Positions 28,392 to 37,917 of a DNA stretch of 64,000 nucleotides are shown piece after piece. The translations under genes were made by a program, and so were the position numbers. The stretch lies in assembly GCA_964424065.1 (NCBI GenBank), contig CAYRHD010000007.1:9094-73093 (forward strand), given 5' to 3'. The first letter of the stretch is position 1, and every line of letters starts with the position of its first letter. Origin of the DNA: an uncultured Alphaproteobacteria bacterium (GTDB taxonomy: Bacteria; Pseudomonadota; Alphaproteobacteria; UBA9655). The notes under the pieces were generated by a model, which was given only the letters and a program-made list of their open reading frames with translations, was not told where the DNA came from and ran no database searches.

Positions 28392-29655
28392 GACTTTTCA
28401 GCCATTTTTTTAAATGATCATAGGATTTGGTGAACCAGGAAAATTGGCGACCGTAAAGAATATTTAAAAGCTTTGAAAGGGTGACAGCCCGCTTGGGGGC
28501 TAAATCGTGAATGCGTTTAGCTGTAGTCAACCATAGAGGACTCAGAATCAAAGAAAGCACAGTTAAGGATACAATAAGATTGGTTCCATAATCGGTCACA
28601 ATACCCACTTCTTCACCAACGGTTGCAAGAAGGAATGAGAACTCTCCCAATTGAGCCAAAACAACGCCCGATAGGAAGGACATGGTCCAGGGTTGTCTTA
28701 GGAAATGGAGAATGCTAATGTTTAGGGCAGTTTTACCTAAGGTGATGAAGAGCAAAATCATGAGGACCTTCGAGAGGTTTTCCCAGACAAAGTTAAGATC
28801 TAGCAAAAGTCCAATTGAGAGGAAGAATACCATAATCAGGACACTATAAATCGGTGTCATCCGGTCCATGATGGTTTGGCGCTCATGGCTGTTTCCCATA
28901 ACAAGACCGGCCAAGAATGCGCCATAGGCAGCGGATAAACCAAGAAGACCAGCAACGGCAGCGGCTCCAAAGCAAAAAGCCATGCCCACAAGGGGCGTCA
29001 GGTCTGTATGTCCCACGACCATGGTTAAGTATGGTAATCGTAGTTTTTCTTTTCGACCCAAATACCATACAAGTGCTGCCAAGAGACCAACAGCAACGAT
29101 AATTTTGATAAGGACAATTGAAAAGCTAACTTCTTCACCTGGTTGAAGTCCACGAATCACAAGAATCATAGGGACGATAGCCAAGTCCTGAGCTATCAAA
29201 ACACCGATGGTGAGTCTGCCGGTTGTTGTATTCATTTCGCCAATTGTATCCAACATCTTAACAGCAACTGCTGTACTGCTCAGCGCAAAAACAAAGGCGA
29301 GCAAGAGGGTTAAATTAAGGGGCCACTGATAGAGATGGGCAAGGGGAAAGGCGATGGCGAGTCCACCCAAAATTTGCATAGCAATACAGCCAACGGAGAT
29401 ATGCCAGATTTTGATAAAGGGACGTACACTGAGCTCCATGCCAATGACAAAAAGAAGCATTAACACACCTAGTTCCGCCAAAACCCCGACGGTTTCACGG
29501 TTTTCAATAAGCCCAAAGAGGGAAGGCCCTAAAATAACACCTGCAAAGATATAGCCGACGATGGAGGGTTGTTTGAATTTTTCCAAAACAATACCACACG
29601 CCAAAGCAGCCGTGACAACAATCGCAATTTCAGTAAGTGTACTTTCTATAGGCAT
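28384..29655 (-). CDS. cation:proton antiporter (CPA2/Kef-like membrane domain)
   Basis: 423 aa and polytopic. The N-terminus has a Na+/H+-exchanger-family pattern (PSIVGYIFAGVILGPS). No KTN domain is present. Confidence 0.8.
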   Translation of the reverse strand: MPIESTLTEIAIVVTAALACGIVLEKFKQPSIVGYIFAGVILGPSLFGLIENRETVGVLAELGVLMLLFVIGMELSVRPFIKIWHISVGCIAMQILGGLAIAFPLAHLYQWPLNLTLLLAFVFALSSTAVAVKMLDTIGEMNTTTGRLTIGVLIAQDLAIVPMILVIRGLQPGEEVSFSIVLIKIIVAVGLLAALVWYLGRKEKLRLPYLTMVVGHTDLTPLVGMAFCFGAAAVAGLLGLSAAYGAFLAGLVMGNSHERQTIMDRMTPIYSVLIMVFFLSIGLLLDLNFVWENLSKVLMILLFITLGKTALNISILHFLRQPWTMSFLSGVVLAQLGEFSFLLATVGEEVGIVTDYGTNLIVSLTVLSLILSPLWLTTAKRIHDLAPKRAVTLSKLLNILYGRQFSWFTKSYDHLKKWLKSRA

Positions 29656-29826
29656 AACAAAAGAATATCACAGGACTTCTGTATTTAAAAGGTAGATTGC
29701 AGTTGACTCTTTCTTATCTCTCTATTCAAGAGATTATCTGGCAAGAAAAGATAATGTTTTCCTTGAAATGCAAACTACTTTTTTCTCAAGAATGACATCA
29801 TTAATTTGTTTTTACTTTAAAACAGT

Positions 29827-29852
29827 GTCATTCTTGCGATAGCGCAGTAGTC
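29827..29852. repeat. degenerate REP-like palindromic element (GTCATTCTTGCG-ATAG-CGCAGTAGTC)
   Basis: It directly abuts repeat copy B and belongs to the same family as 23626 and 31975. Confidence 0.5.
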
Positions 29853-29938
29853 TCCGGAGAAAAGTTTGGCAAATAGACAGAAGGCAAGTAAAGCTATTGG
29901 TTTATGGGTATAATAAAAGAGCAAGAGACTTAGATTTT
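29844..29938 (-). repeat. dispersed ~93-bp intergenic repeat, copy B (inverted relative to copy A)
   Basis: The reverse complement aligns to 12235..12327 at roughly 85% identity by eye. Confidence 0.8.
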
Positions 29939-29965
29939 ATCTTCATGGCCTACTCACTGAAAATC

Positions 29966-30712
29966 CTACTCCAGGGCAGATCGAAAATACCTTTTGAGAA
30001 AAACATCCCGACTTTCCCACTTTAAATGAGTTGCAGAGTGATGATTTTCTTGAAAGGTGAATCCTTTAGAGTTGTCTTGGGATTTTGTTTTTTCATGACT
30101 TATCAAAACAATAGCAACATAATTTGGATTTTTTTCATGAGGTTGAGTTGAAATTACAGAACTTCCATCTTCACTTAAGACCTTAATGAATCCACCCGGT
30201 TCTTCTTTTAAGTTAGTAAGCTGCTGGGTGAGTTGAGGCTCCACCACGTAGGTGATAGGTTGCTTGTCTCCATCTTTTGCATAGATTTCGCTAATGCCTA
30301 ATGTTTTATAAGGAACAGTTCCTTTCGCTTTCGGTCCTCGGCAGGATATTTGAGAGACACCATTATTGAGTTCCCCAGTAGGACATGGAAAGCGACCATT
30401 TTTTTCAACAAATGAGGCAATGGAATTCATGACATAGTCTTGATGCAGTCGCGTTTTATGCAGAGCGGCTCGGCTCATTTGTGTGCGAACAAAAGCGAAG
30501 CTGATGCCGCCAATCATTCCCAAGATAACAAGAACAATGGACAGTTCGAGCAAAGAAAATCCATCTTGATGAGATTTTTTAAAGTTGGACAAAAAGGACA
30601 CAAGCAGGTTCCCTCCTTTCAATATTATAAGTTCCATCGGCTTTGACACAGGAATAAGCAGGTTGATCCGACCCATCAAACGCCCTGACTTTTCCCGAGT
30701 TGGGATACCCAT
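29966..30712 (-). CDS. prepilin-type N-terminal cleavage/methylation domain protein (pseudopilin-like)
   Basis: It has the class III signal ...HQDG/FSLLELSIVLVILGMIGG. The annotated start overlaps the upstream gene by 134 nt. A GTG at 30601 or a TTG at 30592 would give a normal short leader. Confidence 0.7.
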   Translation of the reverse strand: MGIPTREKSGRLMGRINLLIPVSKPMELIILKGGNLLVSFLSNFKKSHQDGFSLLELSIVLVILGMIGGISFAFVRTQMSRAALHKTRLHQDYVMNSIASFVEKNGRFPCPTGELNNGVSQISCRGPKAKGTVPYKTLGISEIYAKDGDKQPITYVVEPQLTQQLTNLKEEPGGFIKVLSEDGSSVISTQPHEKNPNYVAIVLISHEKTKSQDNSKGFTFQENHHSATHLKWESRDVFLKRYFRSALE

Positions 30713-31271
30713 TGTCCAGCTTTTTATCGATGCTCATAGCTTGTTGCGGTGTCAACAATCCACCATCTCCGTGATCCCCATTCTTTTTGCCGACTATAAA
30801 CCAATGCCCAGATAGTCCCCGGGGGGTGTATTCAATAGTGAATCCACCACCAAGACATGTTTCAGGAGCTCCTTTACCAAACTCGCCAATATTCTTGTCT
30901 TCGTCTTTCCCTGGGTTTCCGATGAGTCCAGCGGCCGCAAGATGAGACCAAAACGTTAGAGCTTCACCATTTGAAGACAAGCCGCCACCATCAATGATGC
31001 CGTTCCCATTGCCATCGCGAAGGGATGTATTGATCATTAAAGACGCTTTTTTATAATCGCCTGGCAGTGAGTCAAACTTATCAAGGAAAGTACTCGTAGC
31101 CATTTGATATTCGCTCAATTGAGAGATCATACGCTTCAGACGAGCACTTTCAATCAGTTCTCGTCCCTTTAAAACACCGCCAATCAGCAAGCCTATGACA
31201 ATCAGAACAATAGCCAGTTCAATAAGGCTAAATCCAGCGGTTTTGTTACATTTCTTGTTTTTTGACTTCAT
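30579..31271 (-). CDS. prepilin-type N-terminal cleavage/methylation domain protein (type IV pilin/pseudopilin-like)
   Basis: 230 aa with the leader MKSKNKKCNKTAG/FSLIELAIVLIVIGLLIGG. Confidence 0.8.
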   Translation of the reverse strand: MKSKNKKCNKTAGFSLIELAIVLIVIGLLIGGVLKGRELIESARLKRMISQLSEYQMATSTFLDKFDSLPGDYKKASLMINTSLRDGNGNGIIDGGGLSSNGEALTFWSHLAAAGLIGNPGKDEDKNIGEFGKGAPETCLGGGFTIEYTPRGLSGHWFIVGKKNGDHGDGGLLTPQQAMSIDKKLDNGYPNSGKVRAFDGSDQPAYSCVKADGTYNIERREPACVLFVQL

Positions 31272-31366
31272 GAAAGTCTCCCTTTGTAGGGAGCTTGCCA
31301 GGCTTACATTAAAATGTAAAGAACAAATGAATCAAAAAAATAATATATTATCAAATATGGTAAATT

Positions 31367-31807
31367 TTATATACTAGATTGGATATCAATGAGAGAGAAT
31401 ACGCTTTCTTTGAAAGATGTTTTTAATTGGGATAGTCTGCCATTTTTGTCATGATCCTTATAGTCAAAGTGGATGCCACTATTCCAAACAGGACCAGGCC
31501 ATGCTTTATCTGTCTCATAGCGGGCAATGATATGCACATGAAGTTGAGGAACAACATTGCCTAGACTCGCCACATTAAGCTTTGTAGGGCTGAAAAGGTC
31601 TTTCATGATTTGGCTAGCAACAGAAATTTCATCCATGAGTTGGTGTTGCTGGGTATAACTTAAGTCAATGAGTTCACGAATACCTTCAATTTGAGGGATT
31701 AGGATAATCCAAGGAAAAGCGGCATTATGACTTAAGCGCACCTGACAGAGTGTCAAGTTTGTGACCAGAGAAGAGCTTTCAAGAAGGCGTGAGTCTATAA
31801 TCATCAT
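31367..31807 (-). CDS. HIT family protein
   Basis: 146 aa with the histidine triad VPQLHVHIIAR. Confidence 0.8.
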   Translation of the reverse strand: MMIIDSRLLESSSLVTNLTLCQVRLSHNAAFPWIILIPQIEGIRELIDLSYTQQHQLMDEISVASQIMKDLFSPTKLNVASLGNVVPQLHVHIIARYETDKAWPGPVWNSGIHFDYKDHDKNGRLSQLKTSFKESVFSLIDIQSSI

Positions 31808-31974
31808 TTTTCATCAGTATCACAGACCTTCAGTTGTGTCTAATTGAGAAAGGAGTCATTTTCTCTCTTGGATTAGTGCTTTGCAATGACACAGAAACTA
31901 GCAAAATTGTCATCAACTATATAAGAAAGTTGATCTTCCTCTTGTCTCCCAACGTGTCATCTCCTCCTCCTTTT

Positions 31975-32043
31975 GTCATCTCCGCGAATGCGGAGATCCA
32001 TCTTTCAGCTTTTTCCTGGATTTCCGCTTTCCTGGGAATGACG
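31975..32043. repeat. head-to-head pair of REP-like palindromic elements
   Basis: GTCATCTCCGC-GAAT-GCGGAGATCCA (31975-32000) faces TGGATTTCCGCTTTCCTGGGAATGAC (32016-32043). Spurious ORF 31834..32109 translates them as ISANAEIH and WISAFLGMT. Confidence 0.75.
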
Positions 32044-32162
32044 TCGAGAGAGGGAGACCGAGCATCTATTGAAGTTTACTTTCTTTTCTTAAACAGAGTG
32101 AACCCATAAATAACTCTTCTTAGAGTCTTTCAGAAATCCCCTATTTTTGATACACTTGTTTT

Positions 32163-32690
32163 ATGAAAACACTCTACCTTCTTAGACATGCCCATGCGGA
32201 ACCTCGCCCTGAGAGTATAGCGGATTATTACCGCCCCTTAACAGAGCAAGGTGAAGAAGAAGCTCACGCTGTTGCTGATTATTTAGCACAGGAAAAAATT
32301 ATGTTTGATTTTGTCATGTGTTCGGGAGCCATCCGCGCTGAAGAAACTCTTGAACCCTTGCGTGCTGTTGTTGGTACTGAGGACATAGAGATTTCTGAGA
32401 ACTTTTATAATAGTCCTGAAGATAAGATTCTTAACAACCTCCAACATGTAGCCGATAAATGGGAGCGAATTCTCTATATTGGGCACAATCCTGGAATTGC
32501 GTTTGCGGCCTTTAAATTTACAAAGACCTTTCCACAAGAGTTGATGGAAAGTGTGAGGCCAGCAACCCTAATCGGATTTCAATTTCCTATTGATCACTGG
32601 AGTGATCTTGCGTGGTGGGAAGGACAAGTTATTGATCACTTTCAGCCGCCTCTTCCTTCTCCAGATACGTCCGCACCAAGGGAATCGTAA
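32163..32690 (+). CDS. histidine phosphatase family protein (SixA-like)
   Basis: 175 aa with the N-terminal LYLLRHAHAE (RHG-type motif) and a later GHNP. Confidence 0.75.
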   Translation: MKTLYLLRHAHAEPRPESIADYYRPLTEQGEEEAHAVADYLAQEKIMFDFVMCSGAIRAEETLEPLRAVVGTEDIEISENFYNSPEDKILNNLQHVADKWERILYIGHNPGIAFAAFKFTKTFPQELMESVRPATLIGFQFPIDHWSDLAWWEGQVIDHFQPPLPSPDTSAPRES

Positions 32691-33309
32691 TCGATCTTTT
32701 ATAAATGAGAGCTTCCTGATTTAAAATTTCAACCCACTTATGAACACTTTCAAATGACCGTTCGATTTGCTTGAGCAGAAAACGAATCACATCTTCATCA
32801 ACCTTGATTTGCATCTCCCCAAATCTTTTTTGAATAACCTGGAATAATAAACCTTCATCAGGAGCGTGGATCTTGAGAGCAGGGATAACCTTGAGCCGAG
32901 ATTGTAAGTCAGGTAATTTCTTGTTCCAATGAGCCGGCGGGGACTCTGAAAGAAGCAATAGACCCCCTTGGGTGTTGAGGATATGATTGTAGAGATGGAA
33001 GAATTTTTCTTCATTTTCAATGAGATGAGCATCGCTCAAGATAAAAAATGGCTTTTCAATCATGAGATGTTCTGTGGGAGTTTTGTCAAAGTCAGTATGA
33101 CTAAGATAACGGGCCTTGGCGTTGTGCTGCCAAATCGAAGAAAGATGGGTTTTGCCACATCCCTTTTCACCATAAAGAGTGAGGCACCTTTGAGGCCAGT
33201 CGGGCCAACGAGTTAGCCAAATAAATGCTTCTTCGTTGGAAGGCGAAACAATAAAGTCTTTTTCTTCAAGAGCTGAGGGTAGGTTAAGAGGAAGGACGAG
33301 TTGCTTCAC
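32629..33309 (-). CDS. hda: DnaA-related regulatory protein (Hda/HdaA-like)
   Basis: 226 aa with AAA+ Walker A GEKGCGKTHL. Size and layout match Hda. Its 3' end overlaps the SixA-like gene convergently by 62 nt. Confidence 0.7.
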   Translation of the reverse strand: MKQLVLPLNLPSALEEKDFIVSPSNEEAFIWLTRWPDWPQRCLTLYGEKGCGKTHLSSIWQHNAKARYLSHTDFDKTPTEHLMIEKPFFILSDAHLIENEEKFFHLYNHILNTQGGLLLLSESPPAHWNKKLPDLQSRLKVIPALKIHAPDEGLLFQVIQKRFGEMQIKVDEDVIRFLLKQIERSFESVHKWVEILNQEALIYKRSITIPLVRTYLEKEEAAESDQ

Positions 33310-34387
33310 GGGATGGCTTCTTTGACGATGATCTCTGTCCTAGGTAATACGGGCTTTTAAGATAAAATTCAAGACCGTGACGCACAAGAACGCCTATGGC
33401 CGCTGCAATGGGAAGGGCAAATAAGATTCCTACAAAACCATAAAGGAAACCACCTGCGAGTAGAGCAAACAGAACCCACACGGGGTGGAGACCAATTCGA
33501 TCACCAACGAGGTAGGGAACGAAAATGTAAGCTTCGATGGTTTGTCCTACAACAAATATGACACCGACGAGACCGATGGAGGACCATTCTGTGTATTGGG
33601 CAAAGGCAATTCCCATGCTGAGAAGTAGCCCAATAATAGCACCAACATAAGGGATAAAAGCCATGACACCGATGACCAGACCCACAACGATGCTAAAATC
33701 CAGGCCAATAATGGTGAGCATGACTGAGTAGTAAAGTGCAAGAGAAATGCAGACAAGGGCTTGCCCTCTTGCAAAGCTTCCGATGGTAGAATTAATCTCT
33801 ATGAAGAGTTTTTTCACCGTGGGTTCATAGGGTCTCGGAAGCCAATTATCGATCGCTTCGATAATTTTCTTCCAATCTCTCAAAAAGTAAAAAGCCGTAA
33901 TAGGAGTAATAACGATCAGAGATATGAGATTGGCGAGAGCCAGACTGCTGGTTAACACTTTTGTTAGAAACTTCACACCCCAAGTGACAACGTCCACAAG
34001 ATAAGAGCTTGCCAAGCTGCGAAGTTTTTCAATGTCTGTCGGCTCGATATAGTGAGAAACTTCATCGATAAGAGGTTTTACCGCGGTCAGTATGCGATCC
34101 CCGTATTGAGGAATACGAGACGCAAGGTAAAGTAATTCTGCCTGGATAAAAGGAATTGCGATAAAAAGGAGTAAACCGATCAGCAGAAAGAAGCTAAATA
34201 TCATAAAAGTAGTGCTAAGCGTCCTGGAGAAACCCCATTTTTCAAAACGACTCACCGCAGGGTTCATGGCGTAGGCAACCAGAAGTCCGGTGAGGAAAGG
34301 CATGAGAATACCACTAAAAAGGTATAAACATCCTATAAATAAGACGCCTGCACCGAGCCAAATCCATGTTTGATGATTTTTTTTCAC
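33284..34387 (-). CDS. AI-2E family transporter (PerM-like)
   Basis: 367 aa and polytopic. The layout is typical of the AI-2E/UPF0118 family, with a C-terminal ...GLHPVWVLFALL.GG motif. Confidence 0.75.
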   Translation of the reverse strand: MKKNHQTWIWLGAGVLFIGCLYLFSGILMPFLTGLLVAYAMNPAVSRFEKWGFSRTLSTTFMIFSFFLLIGLLLFIAIPFIQAELLYLASRIPQYGDRILTAVKPLIDEVSHYIEPTDIEKLRSLASSYLVDVVTWGVKFLTKVLTSSLALANLISLIVITPITAFYFLRDWKKIIEAIDNWLPRPYEPTVKKLFIEINSTIGSFARGQALVCISLALYYSVMLTIIGLDFSIVVGLVIGVMAFIPYVGAIIGLLLSMGIAFAQYTEWSSIGLVGVIFVVGQTIEAYIFVPYLVGDRIGLHPVWVLFALLAGGFLYGFVGILFALPIAAAIGVLVRHGLEFYLKSPYYLGQRSSSKKPSREATRPSS

Positions 34388-34944
34388 AGATCCGTACTGT
34401 CCACCTTACTCAATTGCTTTAAGCCTAATGTAACATAACTTGCACCAGAAATCACTGTTGTAAGTGCAACGATGTATCCAAAGTATGCATTGATATTTGG
34501 AATGCCTATATATTTTTCTGCTTGCCCCAGGACAAAGAGGGCATAGCTAAGCTGAGCGACTGTATTTATCTTGCTGACCATGAGAGGCTTCATTTCAACT
34601 CTATCTTTAAATAGGAAAAGAAGAAAAATTCCCCCGACAATCAAGACATCTCTAAAGATGATCAAAATGACGATCCATTGTTCGACAAGTCCAGTCAAGC
34701 CAAGAGTGGCAAAGACGCTTACAAGGAGTGCCTTGTCTGCAATTGGATCTAAGTAAGCCCCTAAAATGGTTCGACATTTAAAAAGGCGGGCAAAAAGTCC
34801 ATCGAGTGCGTCTGAGACTCCAGCTAGAGTAAAGCAAATAAAAGCCAGATTTAGTCTGTCTGATAAGATAAGAGATACAATCAGAGGTACGCTAAACAAA
34901 CGTGCAAGAGTGATCATATTCGGAAGGTTTATAGATAAGATCAT
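34384..34944 (-). CDS. pgsA: CDP-alcohol phosphatidyltransferase (PgsA-like)
   Basis: 186 aa with the signature DALDGLFAR...G..LDPIADK. Confidence 0.85.
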   Translation of the reverse strand: MILSINLPNMITLARLFSVPLIVSLILSDRLNLAFICFTLAGVSDALDGLFARLFKCRTILGAYLDPIADKALLVSVFATLGLTGLVEQWIVILIIFRDVLIVGGIFLLFLFKDRVEMKPLMVSKINTVAQLSYALFVLGQAEKYIGIPNINAYFGYIVALTTVISGASYVTLGLKQLSKVDSTDL

Positions 34945-34967
34945 TATTTTTCAGGTTCCTTGTACTC

Positions 34968-35579
34968 TTAATAGATGCAACTAATTATCCATTCTTCATT
35001 TTGAGGAGAAAATGAGAGTCCCTTTTGAGCGAGTATGGTCTTAAGATCTTCTGGATTTCCATTTAAAAGAAAGCGGAGTTCAGCAGTATTCGATGATACG
35101 CTTTGTAATTCAACCCCTTGAATTTGTGGTAGAGATTCAAGAGTCTTCTTGATTCTATTCCACTCTGCAAGATTTTGATAAGATGCTTTAGCCTTAAGAG
35201 GTTTAACTCCTACAGTGTTGGCCGCTTGTAAAGAGAGAGGGTTATTTTGGTTTTGAAGCCAAGCGTGAAGTTTAGATTGATCAAACTCAAAGCTCATAAG
35301 AGCCGTATAATTTGTTGAAGTACTCTTTTCTTTGTCGATTGAAAAATTTGATACCATATCAACGATTGTCTCATGAGGAGGGAGGGCCCTCTGTGTCTCT
35401 GGAAAATTTGTTTCAATCAACTTTTGAAAAGCCTGGTCATGTGCATTTTCAATGGCTTGTTCACGAGCTTCTGCAGCCGAACTGGCCGTTACTGAAACTT
35501 TAACGTTTGGAATCACGAGGTTTTGTGCTTGTGCCAATCCAAAACTACATAAGACAATTAAAAAACTAACAAATTTCAT
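34968..35579 (-). CDS. hypothetical secreted protein
   Basis: 203 aa with a signal peptide (MKFVSFLIVLCSFGLAQA). No recognised domain. Confidence 0.55.
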   Translation of the reverse strand: MKFVSFLIVLCSFGLAQAQNLVIPNVKVSVTASSAAEAREQAIENAHDQAFQKLIETNFPETQRALPPHETIVDMVSNFSIDKEKSTSTNYTALMSFEFDQSKLHAWLQNQNNPLSLQAANTVGVKPLKAKASYQNLAEWNRIKKTLESLPQIQGVELQSVSSNTAELRFLLNGNPEDLKTILAQKGLSFSPQNEEWIISCIY

Positions 35580-35580
35580 T

Positions 35581-36303
35581 TCATAATACCTTTGCTAAAA
35601 ATTCTTTTGCTCTTTTCGTTTTGGGCGCTTCAAAAAAGACTGTACTCGGAGAGTCTTCCACAAGTAAACCCTCATCTAAAAACCATATACGATCCGCCAC
35701 CTCTTTAGCGAAACCCATTTCATGGGTGACGATGATCATTGTCATACCTGTATGAGCCAGGCTTTTCATGACATTTAAGACCTCTTTGACCATTTCAGGA
35801 TCAAGGGCTGATGTAGGCTCATCAAAAAGAATGGCTTCGGGCTCCATAGCAAGGGCACGGGCAATAGCGGCGCGTTGTTTTTGCCCTCCTGATAAATGAG
35901 CCGGATAAGTATTCATTTTATTTTTAAGGCCCACCTTATCGAGTAGTTTTTTCCCCAATGCTTCTGCTTCCTTGCGAGGCATTTTCTTGACTTTAATAGG
36001 AGCATAAATGACATTTTCGAGGGTTGTTAAGTGGGGGAAAAGGTTAAACTGTTGAAAAACCATTCCCACTTTTGTTCGAATTTTTTCAATGTTGACTTTG
36101 CCTTCATTGATGCAGATCTCGTCAATAAAGACTTTTCCTCGGGTTGGTTTTTCCAAAAGATTGATTGAACGTAAAAGAGTTGATTTGCCAGACCCGGAAG
36201 GACCAATGATAGCTAATACTTCACCTTGGGGGATTTTTCCTGAAATTCCTTTGAGAACTTCATGGTCTTCAAAGCTTTTGTGAATTCTTTCCAGAGCAAT
36301 CAT
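35581..36303 (-). CDS. amino acid ABC transporter ATP-binding protein
   Basis: 240 aa with Walker [10 protein letters not shown], the signature LSGGQKQR and Walker [12 protein letters not shown]. Confidence 0.92.
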   Translation of the reverse strand: MIALERIHKSFEDHEVLKGISGKIPQGEVLAIIGPSGSGKSTLLRSINLLEKPTRGKVFIDEICINEGKVNIEKIRTKVGMVFQQFNLFPHLTTLENVIYAPIKVKKMPRKEAEALGKKLLDKVGLKNKMNTYPAHLSGGQKQRAAIARALAMEPEAILFDEPTSALDPEMVKEVLNVMKSLAHTGMTMIIVTHEMGFAKEVADRIWFLDEGLLVEDSPSTVFFEAPKTKRAKEFLAKVL

Positions 36304-36959
36304 GCTGTTTTTAATTTCTTTTCAAGAAGTTGAGTTGCAAACGACAGAACCATCACAAGAATATAATATAAAAACCCAGCAATCAACAGGGGTTCAAAAA
36401 ACAGATATTTTTCGCTGGCAACAATGTTTGCGCGTCTTAAGATATCGGCCCCACCGATCACGGAAATGAGTGCGGATTCCTTAAGTAAATCAATGGCCTC
36501 ATTTACTAAAGAAGGGAGAATAATGCGGATGGCTTGTGGAAGAACAATATCCTTCATAATGAGGATATAAGGTAGGCCCAGAGAAAGGGCGGCATCCATT
36601 TGTCCTCTGTCAACGCCATTAATTCCTGAACGAATATGTGCTGCAACGTAGGCGCCAGAATTGAGTGTAAAGGTTAAAATACCAGCTTCCCATATGGAAA
36701 TAGTATAGCCTGTGAGCTGTGGTGTTGCGAAGTAGATTATGGAGAGCTGCAATAGCAAAGGGGTTCCTCGAAAAATGGAGGAATAAAAACTAGCGAGCCA
36801 ACGCAAAAGTTTGATATGACTGACTTGTAAAAGCGCAAGAACGGCCCCCCACAAAAAACCCAGAAACAAGGATACGCTTGTATAAGCTAAGGTTACCTGA
36901 ACACCATCAAGGATGTAGGGAATGGATGGCCAAATACGCTCAAAATCTAAGATAATCAC
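36300..36959 (-). CDS. amino acid ABC transporter permease
   Basis: 219 aa, His/Glu/Gln/Arg-type permease pattern. Start and stop codons overlap the neighbouring ABC genes. Confidence 0.88.
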   Translation of the reverse strand: MIILDFERIWPSIPYILDGVQVTLAYTSVSLFLGFLWGAVLALLQVSHIKLLRWLASFYSSIFRGTPLLLQLSIIYFATPQLTGYTISIWEAGILTFTLNSGAYVAAHIRSGINGVDRGQMDAALSLGLPYILIMKDIVLPQAIRIILPSLVNEAIDLLKESALISVIGGADILRRANIVASEKYLFFEPLLIAGFLYYILVMVLSFATQLLEKKLKTA

Positions 36960-37765
36960 TCGTTAATCCACTTCAATTCAATCTGATGAATTTCGTCTTT
37001 CATTTTATCTAGTGCTTCGTTAGTTGGCGCAACGAGGGGCGAGCCTTTTGGAAAGGCAATAGAAAGAGGGGTCCCTAAAGAAGGAAGGACGACAACTTTT
37101 AAGCCTGGGTTCGCTTTCGCAATTTTGCGTCCGACGATTTCTTCCAAGAGAATGGCTTGAATACGACCATTTTTTAACTCTTGCACAAGTTCTCCAATTT
37201 TATTGAGAGAAACAAGCGTGAGGTCAGGTGTGTCTTTTTCCCAATTTTTAGCAATGTTCTCATTAGCCGTTCCAAGTTGAACACCCAGCTTGACATTTTG
37301 TAGGTCACGTTCAGAAGTAATGTTTGAATTTTCAGAAACAAGAAGGCTGACATTGGTCACATAATAAGGCTTAGAAAAGTCAACGCTCTTGCTTCTTTCT
37401 TCTGTTGGTGAGATGTAAGCAATCGCCATATCGGCTCGTCCTGACTGCAAAGAAGGTATTAAAGTAGAAAAGTCGGCTTCGATAACTTTTATGGGTCGTC
37501 CAAGTTGTTCTCCAACTTTGTGAACCACATCCATATCAAAACCGATCACTTCGTCACCGCGTGCGGTATCTTTAAATTCAAAGGGGGGGCTGTCTGGAGA
37601 TGTGATCACAATGATCGGCTTTTTCCCATCATCAGATGCTTTTTCTCCACATGAAGCCATGAAAACTAGGCTTAAACATAGGCAGAAAACTCTTTTAAAC
37701 ATTTTGGACTCCGTATCCGCGTATATTTTTTCGCGATGATATCCTTTATTAGGGATAAAGGTCAA
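36956..37765 (-). CDS. amino acid ABC transporter substrate-binding protein (probable lipoprotein)
   Basis: Type 3 solute-binding-protein layout. The likely real start is the ATG at 37702 (MFKRVFCLCLSLVFMASCG, lipobox-like), which has a GGAG about 6 nt upstream. Confidence 0.85.
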   Translation of the reverse strand: MTFIPNKGYHREKIYADTESKMFKRVFCLCLSLVFMASCGEKASDDGKKPIIVITSPDSPPFEFKDTARGDEVIGFDMDVVHKVGEQLGRPIKVIEADFSTLIPSLQSGRADMAIAYISPTEERSKSVDFSKPYYVTNVSLLVSENSNITSERDLQNVKLGVQLGTANENIAKNWEKDTPDLTLVSLNKIGELVQELKNGRIQAILLEEIVGRKIAKANPGLKVVVLPSLGTPLSIAFPKGSPLVAPTNEALDKMKDEIHQIELKWINE

Positions 37766-37842
37766 TTTTCAAAAAAATATTCTTCTTCACAACAAACAGT
37801 TGCAATTGTTCTCATTTATTTTTATGTTACAGACGATTCTGT

Positions 37843-37917
37843 TGGGGCGTAGCCAAGCGGTAAGGCAGCGGTTTTTGGTACCGCCATGCGTAGGTTCGAA
37901 TCCTACCGCCCCAGCCA
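37843..37917 (+). tRNA. tRNA-Gln (anticodon UUG)
   Basis: Hand-folded cloverleaf: acceptor TGGGGCG/CGCCCCA, anticodon stem GCGGT/ACCGC with loop TTTTGGT, T-arm GTAGG-TTCGAAT-CCTAC, and an encoded CCA. The last 15 nt overlap, antisense, the 3' end of the MFS gene. Confidence 0.9.

Noticed and set aside
37903-37917. 15-nt antisense overlap between tRNA-Gln and the end of the MFS transporter ORF
   Set aside because: Only the last four codons and the stop fall in the tRNA. This is most simply a fortuitous stop position rather than a regulatory arrangement.
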